Origin: Candidatus Bathyarchaeota archaeon
GTDB lineage: Archaea; Thermoproteota; Bathyarchaeia; TCS64
Assembly (NCBI GenBank): GCA_043826455.1
Contig: JBDRQD010000036.1
Location: forward strand, 24,795 to 88,794
Length of the DNA: 64,000 nucleotides
Reading direction: 5' to 3'
Shown here: positions 10,218 through 20,717 of the stretch, one piece after another
Layout: every line of letters starts with the position of its first letter
Numbering within the stretch: the first letter of the stretch is position 1
The notes under the pieces: generated by a model
What the model was told of the DNA's origin: nothing
The model's input: the letters and a program-made list of their open reading frames with translations, nothing else
The model's database searches: none
Made by a program: the position numbers and the translations under genes

Positions 10218-10961
10218 CTACGCTAAGAGCAGTATCAGCAGAACCGACATCAGCCCAGTTAGGTAGACGCCGTCGAAGGTTCCCGCACCGCCGATGCTAA
10301 CCACGGGACCGATACCGGCGACCCTCCCCAGGTTCAGTATGTCCGCCCCTATTAGGGCCCCCAGGGTTCCCCCGATGTAAGCGACTTGAGTGGCGCAGTG
10401 GATGGGGCTGAAGTAGTTTATGAGCACCATTATGAAGGCCGTCATGGTGGGCGGCCCCCACGCCGGGGTGGCTATGCCCAGGCCCTCCACTATCTGGGCG
10501 CTCTGATATGTGGTCGTGGTGACCACCACCAGCACTATAACGGTCTTCACGTAGGTCATCAGAGGGTCCGGGGAGCAGGAGGGTATGGAGACCAGTAGCA
10601 GGTACAGGGATATGATGGCCGGTATTATGGCTCCCCCCACGTTGATCATGAGTAGGGTCCGCCTCCGGTCCATACCAACGTCGGGCACCATCCACTTGAC
10701 TCCGAAGCTGTCCACCTGTTCCACGTAGGCCACGGGCTCATCGCTCTCAAGCACGGCCAGGGGTAGGTTTATCCAGCTACCCACCAGGCTGAGGAGGATG
10801 ACGGCCCAGAAGTACTCCTGGGGTATCCCCACGGCCTCCACCAGCAGGCCCCTGAAGAAGCCTAGGAACCAGGAGGCCAGGGTGAACAGTAGGAAGAAGA
10901 GGAACCCCATATAGAGGAGGCTGAATGGCTTGTAGATCAGGCTCCGAACATTCTTGATCAT
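10218..10961 (-). CDS. DUF1614 family membrane protein
   Basis: GSWINLP, INVGGAIIP, GALIGADILN and SIGGAGTFDG motifs. Confidence 0.85.
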   Translation of the reverse strand: MIKNVRSLIYKPFSLLYMGFLFFLLFTLASWFLGFFRGLLVEAVGIPQEYFWAVILLSLVGSWINLPLAVLESDEPVAYVEQVDSFGVKWMVPDVGMDRRRTLLMINVGGAIIPAIISLYLLLVSIPSCSPDPLMTYVKTVIVLVVVTTTTYQSAQIVEGLGIATPAWGPPTMTAFIMVLINYFSPIHCATQVAYIGGTLGALIGADILNLGRVAGIGPVVSIGGAGTFDGVYLTGLMSVLLILLLA

Positions 10962-11068
10962 TCAGGGTAATATCCGCTTCAACACAGAAAAATGGTTCCC
11001 TTCGGTCCAAGTCCCCGCTGTGAGATAGGTATATTAGGTGTCTCAGTGTCAAAATAGCCGGTGTCAAC

Positions 11069-12847
11069 ATGCCGATGAGACAGCCCATAGTGTGCATGCT
11101 GGGCCACGTGGACACTGGCAAGACCAGCCTCCTGGACAAGATCAGGGGCACGGCCGTCCAGCTCCGGGAGGCCGGGGGCCTCACCCAGCAGATAGGGGCC
11201 AGCTTCTTCCCCCTCGACACTCTGGTGGCCATAACCCAGCAGCTTGTGAAGAACTTCAAGGTCAACATAAAGGTGCCCGGGCTGCTCGTCGTAGACACCC
11301 CAGGCCACGAGGCCTTCGCCAACCTCAGGAGCAGGGGCGGCAGCGTCGCGGACATAGCCATCCTGGTGGTGGACGTGATGCACGGCTTCGAGAACCAGAC
11401 CTTCGAGAGCCTCAGTATCCTCAAGTCCAGGAAGGTGCCCTTCATTGTGGCCGCCAACAAGATAGACCGGATCGAGGGCTGGCGGTCCACCCAGAACGCG
11501 CCCTTCATGGAGGCCTACAAGGCCCAGAATGAGTGGGTCCAGAGAGACATGGACGACAGGATATACAACATGATGGGCACCCTCAGCAGGGAGGGATTCA
11601 GCAGCGACCGCTTCGACAGGGTCCGGGACTTCACCAAGAACATCGCCATAGTGCCTGTGAGCGCCAAGACCGGTGAGGGACTGGGGGATCTCCTGGCCGT
11701 CCTCATCGGCCTCACCCAGCAGTTCCTGGAGACGAAGCTCCAGGTCACAGAGGGTCCAGCCTTGGGCACCGTCCTGGAGGTCCGGGAGGAGGTGGGTCTC
11801 GGCGTCACCCTGAACGCCATCATCTACGACGGCGTCCTCAGGGCCGACGACACCATAGTCATAGGCGGCAAGGAGGGCCCCATATCCACCAAGATACGTG
11901 CCATCTTGGTCCCGCAGCCCCTGGACGAGATAAGGGACCCCCGGAAGAAGTTCAGCAGCATCACAGAGGCCCACGCGGCCGCGGGCATCAAGATAGCGGC
12001 CCCGGGAATCAACGACGCCATACCCGGCTCACCCCTGATAGCCGTGGGTGGCGAGATGACGGAGGAGAGGGCCCTGGAGGAGGTGGCCTCGGAGATTGAC
12101 CGCCTCAGGATCCAGACCGACCACACGGGCATCATCCTCAAGACGGACACCCTGGGCAGCCTGGAGGCCATCGTGGAGAGCCTGAAGCAGAAGGGCGTGC
12201 CCATCAGGCTCGCCGACATAGGCGATGTCAGCCGCAGGGACATCATGGAGGCGCTGAGCGTCAAGCACGAGGAGCCCCTCTACGGGGCGGTGCTGGCCTT
12301 CAACGTGAAGCCCCTCCCTGACGCGGAGCAGGAGGCCCAGAACAACAAGATACCCATCTTCTGGAACGACATCATCTACAACCTCATGGACGAGTACGTC
12401 CGGTGGATGGAGGCCGAGAGGGAGGCCAAGGCCCGGAAGGAGTTTGACCCCCTGGTGAAGCCGGGCAAGATAGATGTCATGGAGGGCTACGTGTTCCGGC
12501 GGGCCAAGCCCGCAATATTCGGGTCAACGGTCCTGGCAGGCCAGATCACCCCAAACGTTAACATGGTTAATAGCCAGGGGGAGCGACTGGGCAGGATAAG
12601 CCAGATCCAGGACAGCGGGAAGGCCATACCCAGGGCCGACGCTGGCATGGAGGTGGCCGTAGCCATGCCCCAACCCATTTTAGGTAGACATATAAAAGAG
12701 CGTGATGTCCTGTATGTGGACATTCCAGAGCGTGACGCCAAGCTGCTCCGCACCAAGTTCGCGGCCAGGCTCACGGAGACCGAGCTTCAGGCCCTCATGG
12801 AGTTGGTGGAGATGAAGCGCAGGACGGACGTGCTCTGGGCAGTGTAG
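11069..12847 (+). CDS. infB: Translation initiation factor aIF5B (IF-2)
   Basis: RQPIV..LGHVDTGKT, DTPGHEAF and NKID GTPase motifs. Confidence 0.97.
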   Translation: MPMRQPIVCMLGHVDTGKTSLLDKIRGTAVQLREAGGLTQQIGASFFPLDTLVAITQQLVKNFKVNIKVPGLLVVDTPGHEAFANLRSRGGSVADIAILVVDVMHGFENQTFESLSILKSRKVPFIVAANKIDRIEGWRSTQNAPFMEAYKAQNEWVQRDMDDRIYNMMGTLSREGFSSDRFDRVRDFTKNIAIVPVSAKTGEGLGDLLAVLIGLTQQFLETKLQVTEGPALGTVLEVREEVGLGVTLNAIIYDGVLRADDTIVIGGKEGPISTKIRAILVPQPLDEIRDPRKKFSSITEAHAAAGIKIAAPGINDAIPGSPLIAVGGEMTEERALEEVASEIDRLRIQTDHTGIILKTDTLGSLEAIVESLKQKGVPIRLADIGDVSRRDIMEALSVKHEEPLYGAVLAFNVKPLPDAEQEAQNNKIPIFWNDIIYNLMDEYVRWMEAEREAKARKEFDPLVKPGKIDVMEGYVFRRAKPAIFGSTVLAGQITPNVNMVNSQGERLGRISQIQDSGKAIPRADAGMEVAVAMPQPILGRHIKERDVLYVDIPERDAKLLRTKFAARLTETELQALMELVEMKRRTDVLWAV

Positions 12848-12856
12848 GAGAGAAGA

Positions 12857-13273
12857 ATGATGCCGATACTCATCGTCTCGGACCCCGCCGCAGGGACAAG
12901 CCAGAGGGTAGAGATAGACTCAGCTAGGATGGGCCCCCTCGTAGGAACCAGGATAGGTCAGACCATCGACGGCTCACTGGCGGGGATGCAGGGATACAAG
13001 CTCAAGCTAACAGGCGGCACCGACAAGGACGGCATACCCATGCGCCCAGACGTCCACGGAAGCGCCAAGGCCAGGATAGTTCTCAGCGGAGGCGTGGGCT
13101 ACACCCCCAAGAACAGGGGAGAGCAGAAACGCAAGGTAGTCCGCGGCAACACCGTCAGCCAGGAGACTACGTTCCTCAACTTCGTAGTGGCGGAGGCCCC
13201 CAAGGGCCGCAAGAAGAAGGAGGCCAAGGCTGAGGCCGAGGCCCCCGCCGAGGAGAAGCCTGCCCAGGAGTAG
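12857..13273 (+). CDS. rps6e: 30S ribosomal protein S6e
   Basis: LKLTGGTDKDGIPMRPDV and RKVVRGN motifs; follows infB. Confidence 0.95.
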   Translation: MMPILIVSDPAAGTSQRVEIDSARMGPLVGTRIGQTIDGSLAGMQGYKLKLTGGTDKDGIPMRPDVHGSAKARIVLSGGVGYTPKNRGEQKRKVVRGNTVSQETTFLNFVVAEAPKGRKKKEAKAEAEAPAEEKPAQE

Positions 13274-13277
13274 GCCC

Positions 13278-13877
13278 CTACTCTTCTTCCTCTGAATTTT
13301 TACCCGTCAGAAGGCGCTTGAAGTCTTCCTCTCCCTCAGAGTAACCTGAGGCTATCACCACATCCCCGGCCATGAGCACGGTGTCAGGCCTGGGCCTTAT
13401 CCACTTGTTGTCGCGGCGGATCACCAGGACCCACATGCCCGTCTCGTCGGCTATTGCGGCCTCCTTGATGGTCTTGCCCGCCACGGGCGAGTCGCCGCTC
13501 ACGATCACTCTCTCCACGGTCTCCTCGGCGTCCTGGATGACCATCTGGAGGATGGGGTGAGGCTCTATGCCCCTCAGCACCACCTCCGCGATCTCGGCGG
13601 CGGCGTCGGCGATCCTCTCGGTGACGTTACTCATCCTGATGATGCCCAAGAGGTCCCGGGGGTCCACCTCCTCCTCCGTGCGGCTCAGGGCCCTGCACTG
13701 AGCGTCTATGTGGAGCTGGTCCATCTGCTCCTCCAGGAGCTGCACCTCCTCTGCTAGGTACCTGCTGTTGAGTAGCACCGCCGAGTAGGCCAGGTCCATC
13801 ATCATCTCGCTGGTGTTCTTCAGCTTCACCAGGTCCCGGGTGACCCGCTGCCAGTGCTCCATGTCGGCCTTACTCAA
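13278..13877 (-). CDS. PhoU + TrkA-C domain protein
   Basis: LKNTSEMMMDLAYSA PhoU-like helix plus an RCK_C domain. Confidence 0.8.
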   Translation of the reverse strand: MSKADMEHWQRVTRDLVKLKNTSEMMMDLAYSAVLLNSRYLAEEVQLLEEQMDQLHIDAQCRALSRTEEEVDPRDLLGIIRMSNVTERIADAAAEIAEVVLRGIEPHPILQMVIQDAEETVERVIVSGDSPVAGKTIKEAAIADETGMWVLVIRRDNKWIRPRPDTVLMAGDVVIASGYSEGEEDFKRLLTGKNSEEEE

Positions 13878-14472
13878 AGTCTTCCACCTCCCCCTTGGCC
13901 GCGGCCACTAGGCTTTGCAGGCCCTCCTCGGTGCCCCTGGCCACCAGGATGTCTCCAGGCATCACCAGCTCCTTGTCTGGGTTGATGTGCCACACCTGGC
14001 CCCTGCGCACGGCTATGATGTCCACGCCAATCTCCGAGGCCAGGTCCAGGTCGTCCACGGTCTTGCCACATAGGAAGCTGGTGTCGCTGACCACCACCCT
14101 GCCCAGGTGCTCTTCGGCCCTCTGGAAGACCTCCCGGACGGCGGGGTGGACCCCTATGTCGTGGAGGACCAGGCTGGCTATGTCGGCTGCGGCGTCGCTG
14201 ATGGCGTTGGTGAGGGACCCTATCTTGGCTACCCCCGCCAGGGTCTCGGCGTCGTGCCTGTCCCTGGCCGCCAGCATCAGGTTCATGTTGAGCAGGTAGA
14301 CCAGGTCGTCCACCTTGGCCTCCAGCTCCATAACCTCCTCGGCCAGCTCCTTGTTGTGGAAGAGGGCCGCGCTGTAGGCCAGGTCTATCATGAGCTCTGA
14401 GATGTCCTTCATCTGTATGAGGGTCTCCCGCACGGGGGCGGGCCTGTACTCCGTCTTACGTATCTTTATCAT
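13870..14472 (-). CDS. PhoU + TrkA-C domain protein (tandem paralog)
   Basis: MKDISELMIDLAYSA plus RCK_C; overlaps its paralog. Confidence 0.8.
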   Translation of the reverse strand: MIKIRKTEYRPAPVRETLIQMKDISELMIDLAYSAALFHNKELAEEVMELEAKVDDLVYLLNMNLMLAARDRHDAETLAGVAKIGSLTNAISDAAADIASLVLHDIGVHPAVREVFQRAEEHLGRVVVSDTSFLCGKTVDDLDLASEIGVDIIAVRRGQVWHINPDKELVMPGDILVARGTEEGLQSLVAAAKGEVEDFE

Positions 14473-14569
14473 AGAAGTGGGTCAACCTGATCGGAGGAGG
14501 CATCTACAACATGCACCCGGCGAATCACTATAGGAGTGCTGGGTCGGCTCTTAACCTTTACTGAGGGGC

Positions 14570-16573
14570 CTACTGTGGGTAGTGGATCTTGTAGATGAGG
14601 ACGTAGCCGTTGGGAGAAGCGTAGGCTTGGGTGAAGTACTGGGGGTCGGTGGCGTGGTACATGAGCCTGGCTATGGTGGTCTCGTAGAAGAGGGGCTTCT
14701 CGGCGCCGTAGTTGGAGTAGTCCACGTAGTCGGCGATGTTGAAGCCCCCTATGAGCACCATCTGGGGCCACTTGCTGTTGTCGCCCAGGGGCCACTCCTG
14801 GTTGGGGTTGTTGGGGTTGAAGGTGAAGAACACCACTATGTAGTCGGCTCCGTACCTCCTCAGTATCTGTATGGACTCGTTCTGGGGCCTTATCATGATG
14901 TTGGCTATGTTCTTGATCTGGTGCTCGCTCTGGGTGGCTCCGTCCGCCATGGTGGTCTTCTCGGCCATGGCTGCTATCCAGTAACCGTAGTCCCACCAGC
15001 TGCATATCACCTCGTCGTCGCGTACGTTGTTCTTCATCCACTCCAGGGCTAGGGGCCAGTCGTTGGGGTACGCCCCGTTGAACATGTAGGGGATGGCGCT
15101 GCTGGCAAGACTGGTGGGGCCGTCGGCCGACGTGACCCCGCTCCATATGTTAGGGGTGAGGCTCAGGGTCACTAGGACGATGAAGGCTGCCCCCATGGTC
15201 TTGTTGACGCCGAAGACGGTCCTCCTCTTCCTCTTGCCCCTGCTCTCCTCCTCCGGTACGGAGGCGCCTATGAAGGGTCTGGCGATCTCAACGAGGCCGT
15301 AGGCCCCCATGACGCATGCGGGGGCCGCCAGCACCTGGCTGAGCCTGGCCATGACGCCGGCGAAGTAGAGGGCCGTGAGGAAGAACACCGACGCGTAGAT
15401 GTTCTTGTCGCTCTGGCTCTTGACGCTGAAGTATGTGCCCACAACGGCCAGGATGGTGATGGTGCCGAAGTCATTGAACAGGCTGGCCCAGGCTATCACC
15501 TTGTTCTCGGCCACCGACAGGTATAGGGCGTTGTCGGTGGAGGTGAAGGGGTTCAGCACCTTCAGGAACTTGTAGGTCATGGGTATCTCGATGCCCACGG
15601 CGGGTAGCAGGAACAGGGCCACGATGCCCAGGATGACCAGGCCTCCCGCCAGGTTGGCCACCATCTTGACGTCGATCCTGTCCCGGACGAACTGGTAGAC
15701 CAGCATCATGGGCACGAGGCCGAAGGCGGCCAGGTGGTCTATGGTCATCAGGGAGTTGGCGCCCAGCCTAGGCACGAAGATGACAATGAGGTACCCTACG
15801 CCTATGGTGAGGCAGTAGGAGACGAGGTGCCTGAACTGGAACCTCTCCGAGTACAGCATAATGAGCATGTAAAGAGCCAGAAGCCCTGTCATATACCTGG
15901 CCGCGCCCCAGGACGCGTACAGGTAGCCCAGGGAGAGGCCTGAGAGCACCCCGTAGGCGGCTCTGTGTTCCAGGGTTCTTGCCTCGTCCAGGGACCTGAG
16001 GAAGAAGAGGCTAATGGCCACCATGGCGAAGATGCCTATGTTCTCTGTGTCGTAGAACCCAAAGGTGGACCTGGCTATGAAGGCGGGGTTTATGGCCATG
16101 AAGAGGGCCGTGAAGAGGCCCGCGGCTCTGCCGCTCAACTCCTTTCCCAGGTAGTAGCTCAGTATGCATGTGAGGCATGCCATGAGTATGGGGAAGTATA
16201 GTCCGACCGTGAAGACGGAGACGTCCAGGCCCACGGCGTTCGCCAGCATGTATACGAAGGCCCCTGAGAAGGGTATCCCGGGGTACGCTGAGGTGGCCAC
16301 GTTCCTCCCCATGGGGTACCAGCTCATGGCGTCGTGCCACGTCCACCAGGACGCGAACCCGTTCTCGGCCACGTACTTGGTGGCCCTATACTGGAAGTCG
16401 GGGTCGTAGGCCGTGAAGTAGGCTCCGTACTGGAGGGGCTGGACCCTGATGAGGATGGCTATGACTATGATTATGGATAGGACGCCCACCTCCATGGCCC
16501 TGATCCTTGAGAGTCTAACCTTCTCTAGTATGTCCATCTGTGCGCCGCTGGCCGCTGGCTCGTTCTCTGTCAA
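14570..16573 (-). CDS. aglB: Oligosaccharyltransferase AglB (STT3)
   Basis: WWDYG motif, SVAE, YDTE, DNSKW (DK motif) and a multi-TM N-terminus. Confidence 0.95.
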   Translation of the reverse strand: MTENEPAASGAQMDILEKVRLSRIRAMEVGVLSIIIVIAILIRVQPLQYGAYFTAYDPDFQYRATKYVAENGFASWWTWHDAMSWYPMGRNVATSAYPGIPFSGAFVYMLANAVGLDVSVFTVGLYFPILMACLTCILSYYLGKELSGRAAGLFTALFMAINPAFIARSTFGFYDTENIGIFAMVAISLFFLRSLDEARTLEHRAAYGVLSGLSLGYLYASWGAARYMTGLLALYMLIMLYSERFQFRHLVSYCLTIGVGYLIVIFVPRLGANSLMTIDHLAAFGLVPMMLVYQFVRDRIDVKMVANLAGGLVILGIVALFLLPAVGIEIPMTYKFLKVLNPFTSTDNALYLSVAENKVIAWASLFNDFGTITILAVVGTYFSVKSQSDKNIYASVFFLTALYFAGVMARLSQVLAAPACVMGAYGLVEIARPFIGASVPEEESRGKRKRRTVFGVNKTMGAAFIVLVTLSLTPNIWSGVTSADGPTSLASSAIPYMFNGAYPNDWPLALEWMKNNVRDDEVICSWWDYGYWIAAMAEKTTMADGATQSEHQIKNIANIMIRPQNESIQILRRYGADYIVVFFTFNPNNPNQEWPLGDNSKWPQMVLIGGFNIADYVDYSNYGAEKPLFYETTIARLMYHATDPQYFTQAYASPNGYVLIYKIHYPQ

Positions 16574-16645
16574 GTGTCTCGGACTCCGCTAACTAGGATA
16601 TGCGAGGCTTTTATTTAAATTGCGATAACCATTCACCTGCTACAT

Positions 16646-17740
16646 ATGTTGCTGGGATTGATAATCAACCCCATAGCGGGGATGGGTGGCAGAGTGGGCC
16701 TGAAGGGAACGGACGGCGAGGACACCCTGAGGCTGGCAGTGGAGAGAGGGGCCGAGCCCAGGGCCTATGACAGGGCGCTCCAGGCACTGAAGCCTCTCAA
16801 ATCCCTGGACGCGGAGTGGGTTACGTGGGGCGGGGACATGGGGGAAAGCCTCCTGGCTGAGCTGGGCTTCAACTACCAGGTCCTGGGGAACCCAACAGAC
16901 GCCTTGACGTCTGCTGAGGACACCAGGAGGGCGGCGGCCGCCATGGAGGAGGCCGGAGTATCCCTGCTTGTCTTCGTGGGGGGAGACGGCACCGCGGTGG
17001 ACGTGGTGGAGGCCGTGGACATGAGGGTCCCGGTTCTGGGGGTGCCCTCGGGCGTCAAGATGTACAGCGCCGTCTTCGCGGCCACGCCCAGGGCCGCGGC
17101 GGAGCTCATCAAGGCTTATGTGGCGGGGGATGCGCCCCTGGCCGAGAGAGAGGTCATGGACATCGATGAGGAGGCTTACAGGGGTGGCAGGCTGGACGCG
17201 TCCCTCAGGGGCTACGTGAGGACCCCCTTCAAGGCGTCCCTGGTCCTAGGCGAGAAGGTGGCGGCCTCAGGCCTCGACGAGGAGGTGATGAAGGACAGCG
17301 TCGCGGAGAGGGTTATTGAGGACATGCGTCCCGGTGCCCTCTACATCCTGGGGCCTGGGTCCACGGTGAGCCGGGTGGCCGAGAGGCTTGGCCTGGAGAA
17401 GACGCTGCTGGGGGTGGACCTGGTCCTGGACGGAGAGCTGGTGGGGAGGGACGTGGACGAGGCAGCCATCCTGGATGGCCTGGTCGAGGAGAACTGGATC
17501 ATCGTTAGCCCCCTGGGGGGCCAGGGCTCAGTGCTGGGCAGGGGCAACCAGCAGATAAGCCCCGAGGTGGTGAGGCGTGTCGGCCTGGACCACCTGGTCA
17601 TAGTGTCCACGCCGGCGAAGCTGCAGGGCTTGAGGAGTCTGGCTGTGGACACGGGGGACCCGGACCTTGACCAGGAGATGAGGGGCTTCAGGAGGGTGGT
17701 GACCAGCCTCCACGAGTCCAGGCTCATGAGGGTGGCCTAG
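16646..17740 (+). CDS. ATP-NAD kinase family protein (AcoX-like)
   Basis: NPIAGMGG.VGLKGTDG, GGDGT and GRGNQQ motifs. Confidence 0.85.
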   Translation: MLLGLIINPIAGMGGRVGLKGTDGEDTLRLAVERGAEPRAYDRALQALKPLKSLDAEWVTWGGDMGESLLAELGFNYQVLGNPTDALTSAEDTRRAAAAMEEAGVSLLVFVGGDGTAVDVVEAVDMRVPVLGVPSGVKMYSAVFAATPRAAAELIKAYVAGDAPLAEREVMDIDEEAYRGGRLDASLRGYVRTPFKASLVLGEKVAASGLDEEVMKDSVAERVIEDMRPGALYILGPGSTVSRVAERLGLEKTLLGVDLVLDGELVGRDVDEAAILDGLVEENWIIVSPLGGQGSVLGRGNQQISPEVVRRVGLDHLVIVSTPAKLQGLRSLAVDTGDPDLDQEMRGFRRVVTSLHESRLMRVA

Positions 17741-17777
17741 GGATAGGCTTTTCCGTCGCAACGAGTCAGAAACTACG

Positions 17778-18104
17778 ATGAGCGTCCAGTGGTCGAACGA
17801 GTCCCTGGAACACGGGGATAGGGTCATCCACGGCGCCTTGACCGAGATGAGTAACGCCGTGCTGGCCGTCTTCTGGGTCGGGGACAAGCCCAGGCTGGGG
17901 ACCCTGACGGCCACGATGCCGGACGGGACCAGCAGCCCCATCATGGGGGAACGGGACGAGGTTCTATCCAAGATCATTGGGGGGCGGCTGGCCTCCGTGA
18001 GGGGCAAGCTAGCCTTGGTCTCGGTGAACCTTCCCCCGGACATGGAGGACGGCAGGCCGCTGATGGAGCTCACTAAGAGGTTGATGGGTGAAAGCGATGA
18101 GTGA
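17778..18104 (+). CDS. Hypothetical protein
   Basis: 108-aa ORF with host-like codon usage, coupled to the UbiD gene. Confidence 0.65.
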   Translation: MSVQWSNESLEHGDRVIHGALTEMSNAVLAVFWVGDKPRLGTLTATMPDGTSSPIMGERDEVLSKIIGGRLASVRGKLALVSVNLPPDMEDGRPLMELTKRLMGESDE

Positions 18105-19425
18105 CCTTCGAGGTTTCCTCAAGGAGATAGAGGATGATGTGGTTCGGATCAAGGAGCCGCTGTCGACGCGGTACGAGGTGGCCGCGGCCCTCAGCAAATG
18201 GGATGGAAACAAGATCGTGGCCGTGGACAAGGTCAAGGAGACGGGGACCCGGCTCGTGGGCAACGTTTGTGGAACCCGGAGACACATACTCAAGGCGCTG
18301 AATGTGGAGCCAGAGAAGCTTTACCCCCGCCTCATCGAGGCCACCAAGAACCCCCAGAAATGCAGTGGCGGGGACGGACCCGTGAAGGAGGTGGTGGAGA
18401 AGGGCTCACTGAAGGACATCCCGGTGCTGACCCACTTCAAGGGGGACCCAGGGCCCTACATTACCTCAGGCATCGTCTACGTTAGGAGCCACGACGGCTC
18501 AATGGAGAACGTGAGCTTCCACAGGCTGCTGGTGCTGGATGAGAGGCGGATGGCCATAAGGATCGTGCCGCGCCACCTCTACAGATTGACTCAGATGGCA
18601 AAGAAGGCGGGGGTAAATAGTCTAGATGTGAGCGTAAGCATCGGGCTTCACCCCACAGTGATGCTGGCCGGGTCGCTGACAGCCCCCTTCGGCGTCAGCG
18701 AGTTCGACGTAGTCAACAACCTCCTCGGAGGAAAACTGAAGCTAACTGAGTGCGAGCACGTGGAGGCTCTGGCTCCCGCGGACGCCGAGCTGGTGCTGGA
18801 GGGCAAGCTGATGCTTGATAAGCAGGTGACGGAGGGGCCCTTCGTGGATCTGTCAGGCACCTTTGACGTTCAGAGGCAGCAGCCAATAATAGAGTTGGTG
18901 GGGGTCATGCACCGTGAGGACTACATCTACCAGGGGCTGCTCCCCGCCGGCTCGGAGCACAGGCTCATGATGGGGATGCCCCAGGAGCCCCGCATCTGGG
19001 AGTATGTGAGGGGTGTGGTGCCCAACGTCCGGGGCGTCAACATGACCACCGGCGGCATGGGGTGGCTCCACTGCGTGGTGAGCTTCGAGAAGGTGCGGGA
19101 CGGGGACCCCAAGAACGTCTTGATGGCCATGTTCGCGGCTCACCCCAGCCTCAAGCACGCCGTGGTGGTGGACAGCGACATCGACCCCTTCGACATGGAG
19201 CAGGTGGAGTGGGCCATAGCCACCAGGTTCAGGGGAGACGAGGACCTGCTGGTGGTGCCCAACGTGAGGGTGTCGAGCCTGGACCCTGCCAGCGACCAGG
19301 AGAAGGAGCTGGGCTGCAAGGTGGGAGTGGACGCCACCAGGCCCCTGTACAAGGACCCTGAGGGCTTCAAACGGGCTGAGATCGTTGTCTCCGAGGAGCT
19401 CCGGAAGATACTGGACAAGTATTAA
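18097..19425 (+). CDS. UbiD-family decarboxylase, likely anhydromevalonate phosphate decarboxylase
   Basis: EGPF, VVVDSDID..VEWAIATR and SSLDP motifs; adjacent to the aconitase X subunits. Confidence 0.85.
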   Translation: MSDLRGFLKEIEDDVVRIKEPLSTRYEVAAALSKWDGNKIVAVDKVKETGTRLVGNVCGTRRHILKALNVEPEKLYPRLIEATKNPQKCSGGDGPVKEVVEKGSLKDIPVLTHFKGDPGPYITSGIVYVRSHDGSMENVSFHRLLVLDERRMAIRIVPRHLYRLTQMAKKAGVNSLDVSVSIGLHPTVMLAGSLTAPFGVSEFDVVNNLLGGKLKLTECEHVEALAPADAELVLEGKLMLDKQVTEGPFVDLSGTFDVQRQQPIIELVGVMHREDYIYQGLLPAGSEHRLMMGMPQEPRIWEYVRGVVPNVRGVNMTTGGMGWLHCVVSFEKVRDGDPKNVLMAMFAAHPSLKHAVVVDSDIDPFDMEQVEWAIATRFRGDEDLLVVPNVRVSSLDPASDQEKELGCKVGVDATRPLYKDPEGFKRAEIVVSEELRKILDKY

Positions 19426-19526
19426 ATCTTCCACTTGGCCAAGTTTTTCTCCGCAACCTTCTCGAACTATCTCCCAGCGAGGTTCATGTGCTTTATATTC
19501 GCCGGGGAGCCTGTTTCACTGATTTC

Positions 19527-20717
19527 ATGTACCTGACACCCGAGCAGGAACGGATGATGGGCGGAGAGGCCGGCGACGCAGTGAGGAAGTCCATGGAGCT
19601 CCTGGTTGCCCTGGGGGACGTATTCGGGGCCGAGAGGCTGGTGCCGGTGGACTCGGCTCACATCAGCGGCGTCAGCTACGCCAACCTGGGGAACGCCGGC
19701 ACCGAGTGGCTGGAGGAGCAGGCCGATATGGGGGCCAGGTGCAGGGTCAGGGCGACGCTGAACCCGGCGGGCATGGACATGGACCGGTGGAGGGAGATGA
19801 ACGTGCCACCGGAGTTCGCTGAGGGGCAGCGCAGGGTCATCGACGCCTTCACCAGGATGGGCGTGGAGCCCACCTGCACCTGCACCCCCTACCTCATAGG
19901 CCATGTCCCTCGGCGCGGCGCCCAGATCGCGTGGGCAGAGAGCAACGCCATCTGCTACAGCAACAGCGTCCTGGGGGCCCGCACCAACCGCGAGTCGGGG
20001 CCCACCACCCTGGCCTCGGCCGTCACCGGCCTCACATCCCTCTACGGGGTCAGGCTGGACGAGAACAGGGTCCCGGGGAAGGTGGTGGAGGTGGAGGCTG
20101 TGCTGAGGACCCGCCTCGACTACAGCGCTCTGGGCTACGTGACAGGTAAGCTCGTGGGCAGCGGCGTCCCATACTTCAGGGGCCTGGGGAAGCCCGACGT
20201 GGAGAGCATGAAGACCCTGGGGGCCGCGTGCGCTACCAGCGGAGGCGTGGCCCTGTGGCACGGGGAGGGAGTGACCCCCGAGGCCGGTTGGGCCTCCAAA
20301 TACCTGGACGGCGTGGAGACCGTTACCGTGGAGCGCCGAGACCTGGAGGAGGCCAGGGCTAAGCTGAGCTGCGAACCCGACAGCCCCACCTACTGCATAG
20401 GGTGTCCCCACTGCAGCCTCAGGGAGATGGCTGAGGCCGCCAAGCTGTCCAAGAACAGGAAGCTGGGGGGCAGGCTATGGGTGTTCACCAGCCGCGGCGT
20501 CTACGCCCAGGCAGCGGAGGCGGGCTACGTCAAGACCATAGAGGACGCCGGGGGCAAGGTCTACAGGGATACATGCATGGTGGTGGCGCCCCTCCACGAG
20601 ATGGGTTGGCACGGGGTAGCCACCAACAGCTTCAAGGGCGCCCACTACAGCGTCAGCCACGGGTTCCAGACTAAGATAGCCGAGGTGGAGCAGCTGGTGG
20701 AGGAGGCGTCGAGATGA
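19527..20717 (+). CDS. Aconitase X catalytic subunit, likely phosphomevalonate dehydratase large subunit
   Basis: AHISGVSY, TCTPY, WAESNA, GARTNRE, IGCPH and DTCMVV motifs. Confidence 0.88.
   Translation: MYLTPEQERMMGGEAGDAVRKSMELLVALGDVFGAERLVPVDSAHISGVSYANLGNAGTEWLEEQADMGARCRVRATLNPAGMDMDRWREMNVPPEFAEGQRRVIDAFTRMGVEPTCTCTPYLIGHVPRRGAQIAWAESNAICYSNSVLGARTNRESGPTTLASAVTGLTSLYGVRLDENRVPGKVVEVEAVLRTRLDYSALGYVTGKLVGSGVPYFRGLGKPDVESMKTLGAACATSGGVALWHGEGVTPEAGWASKYLDGVETVTVERRDLEEARAKLSCEPDSPTYCIGCPHCSLREMAEAAKLSKNRKLGGRLWVFTSRGVYAQAAEAGYVKTIEDAGGKVYRDTCMVVAPLHEMGWHGVATNSFKGAHYSVSHGFQTKIAEVEQLVEEASR

Noticed and set aside
8140..12774. Long antisense ORFs over cdc48 and infB (and similar ones throughout the window)
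   Set aside because: Shadow ORFs expected from high GC3 codon bias opposite well-supported genes.
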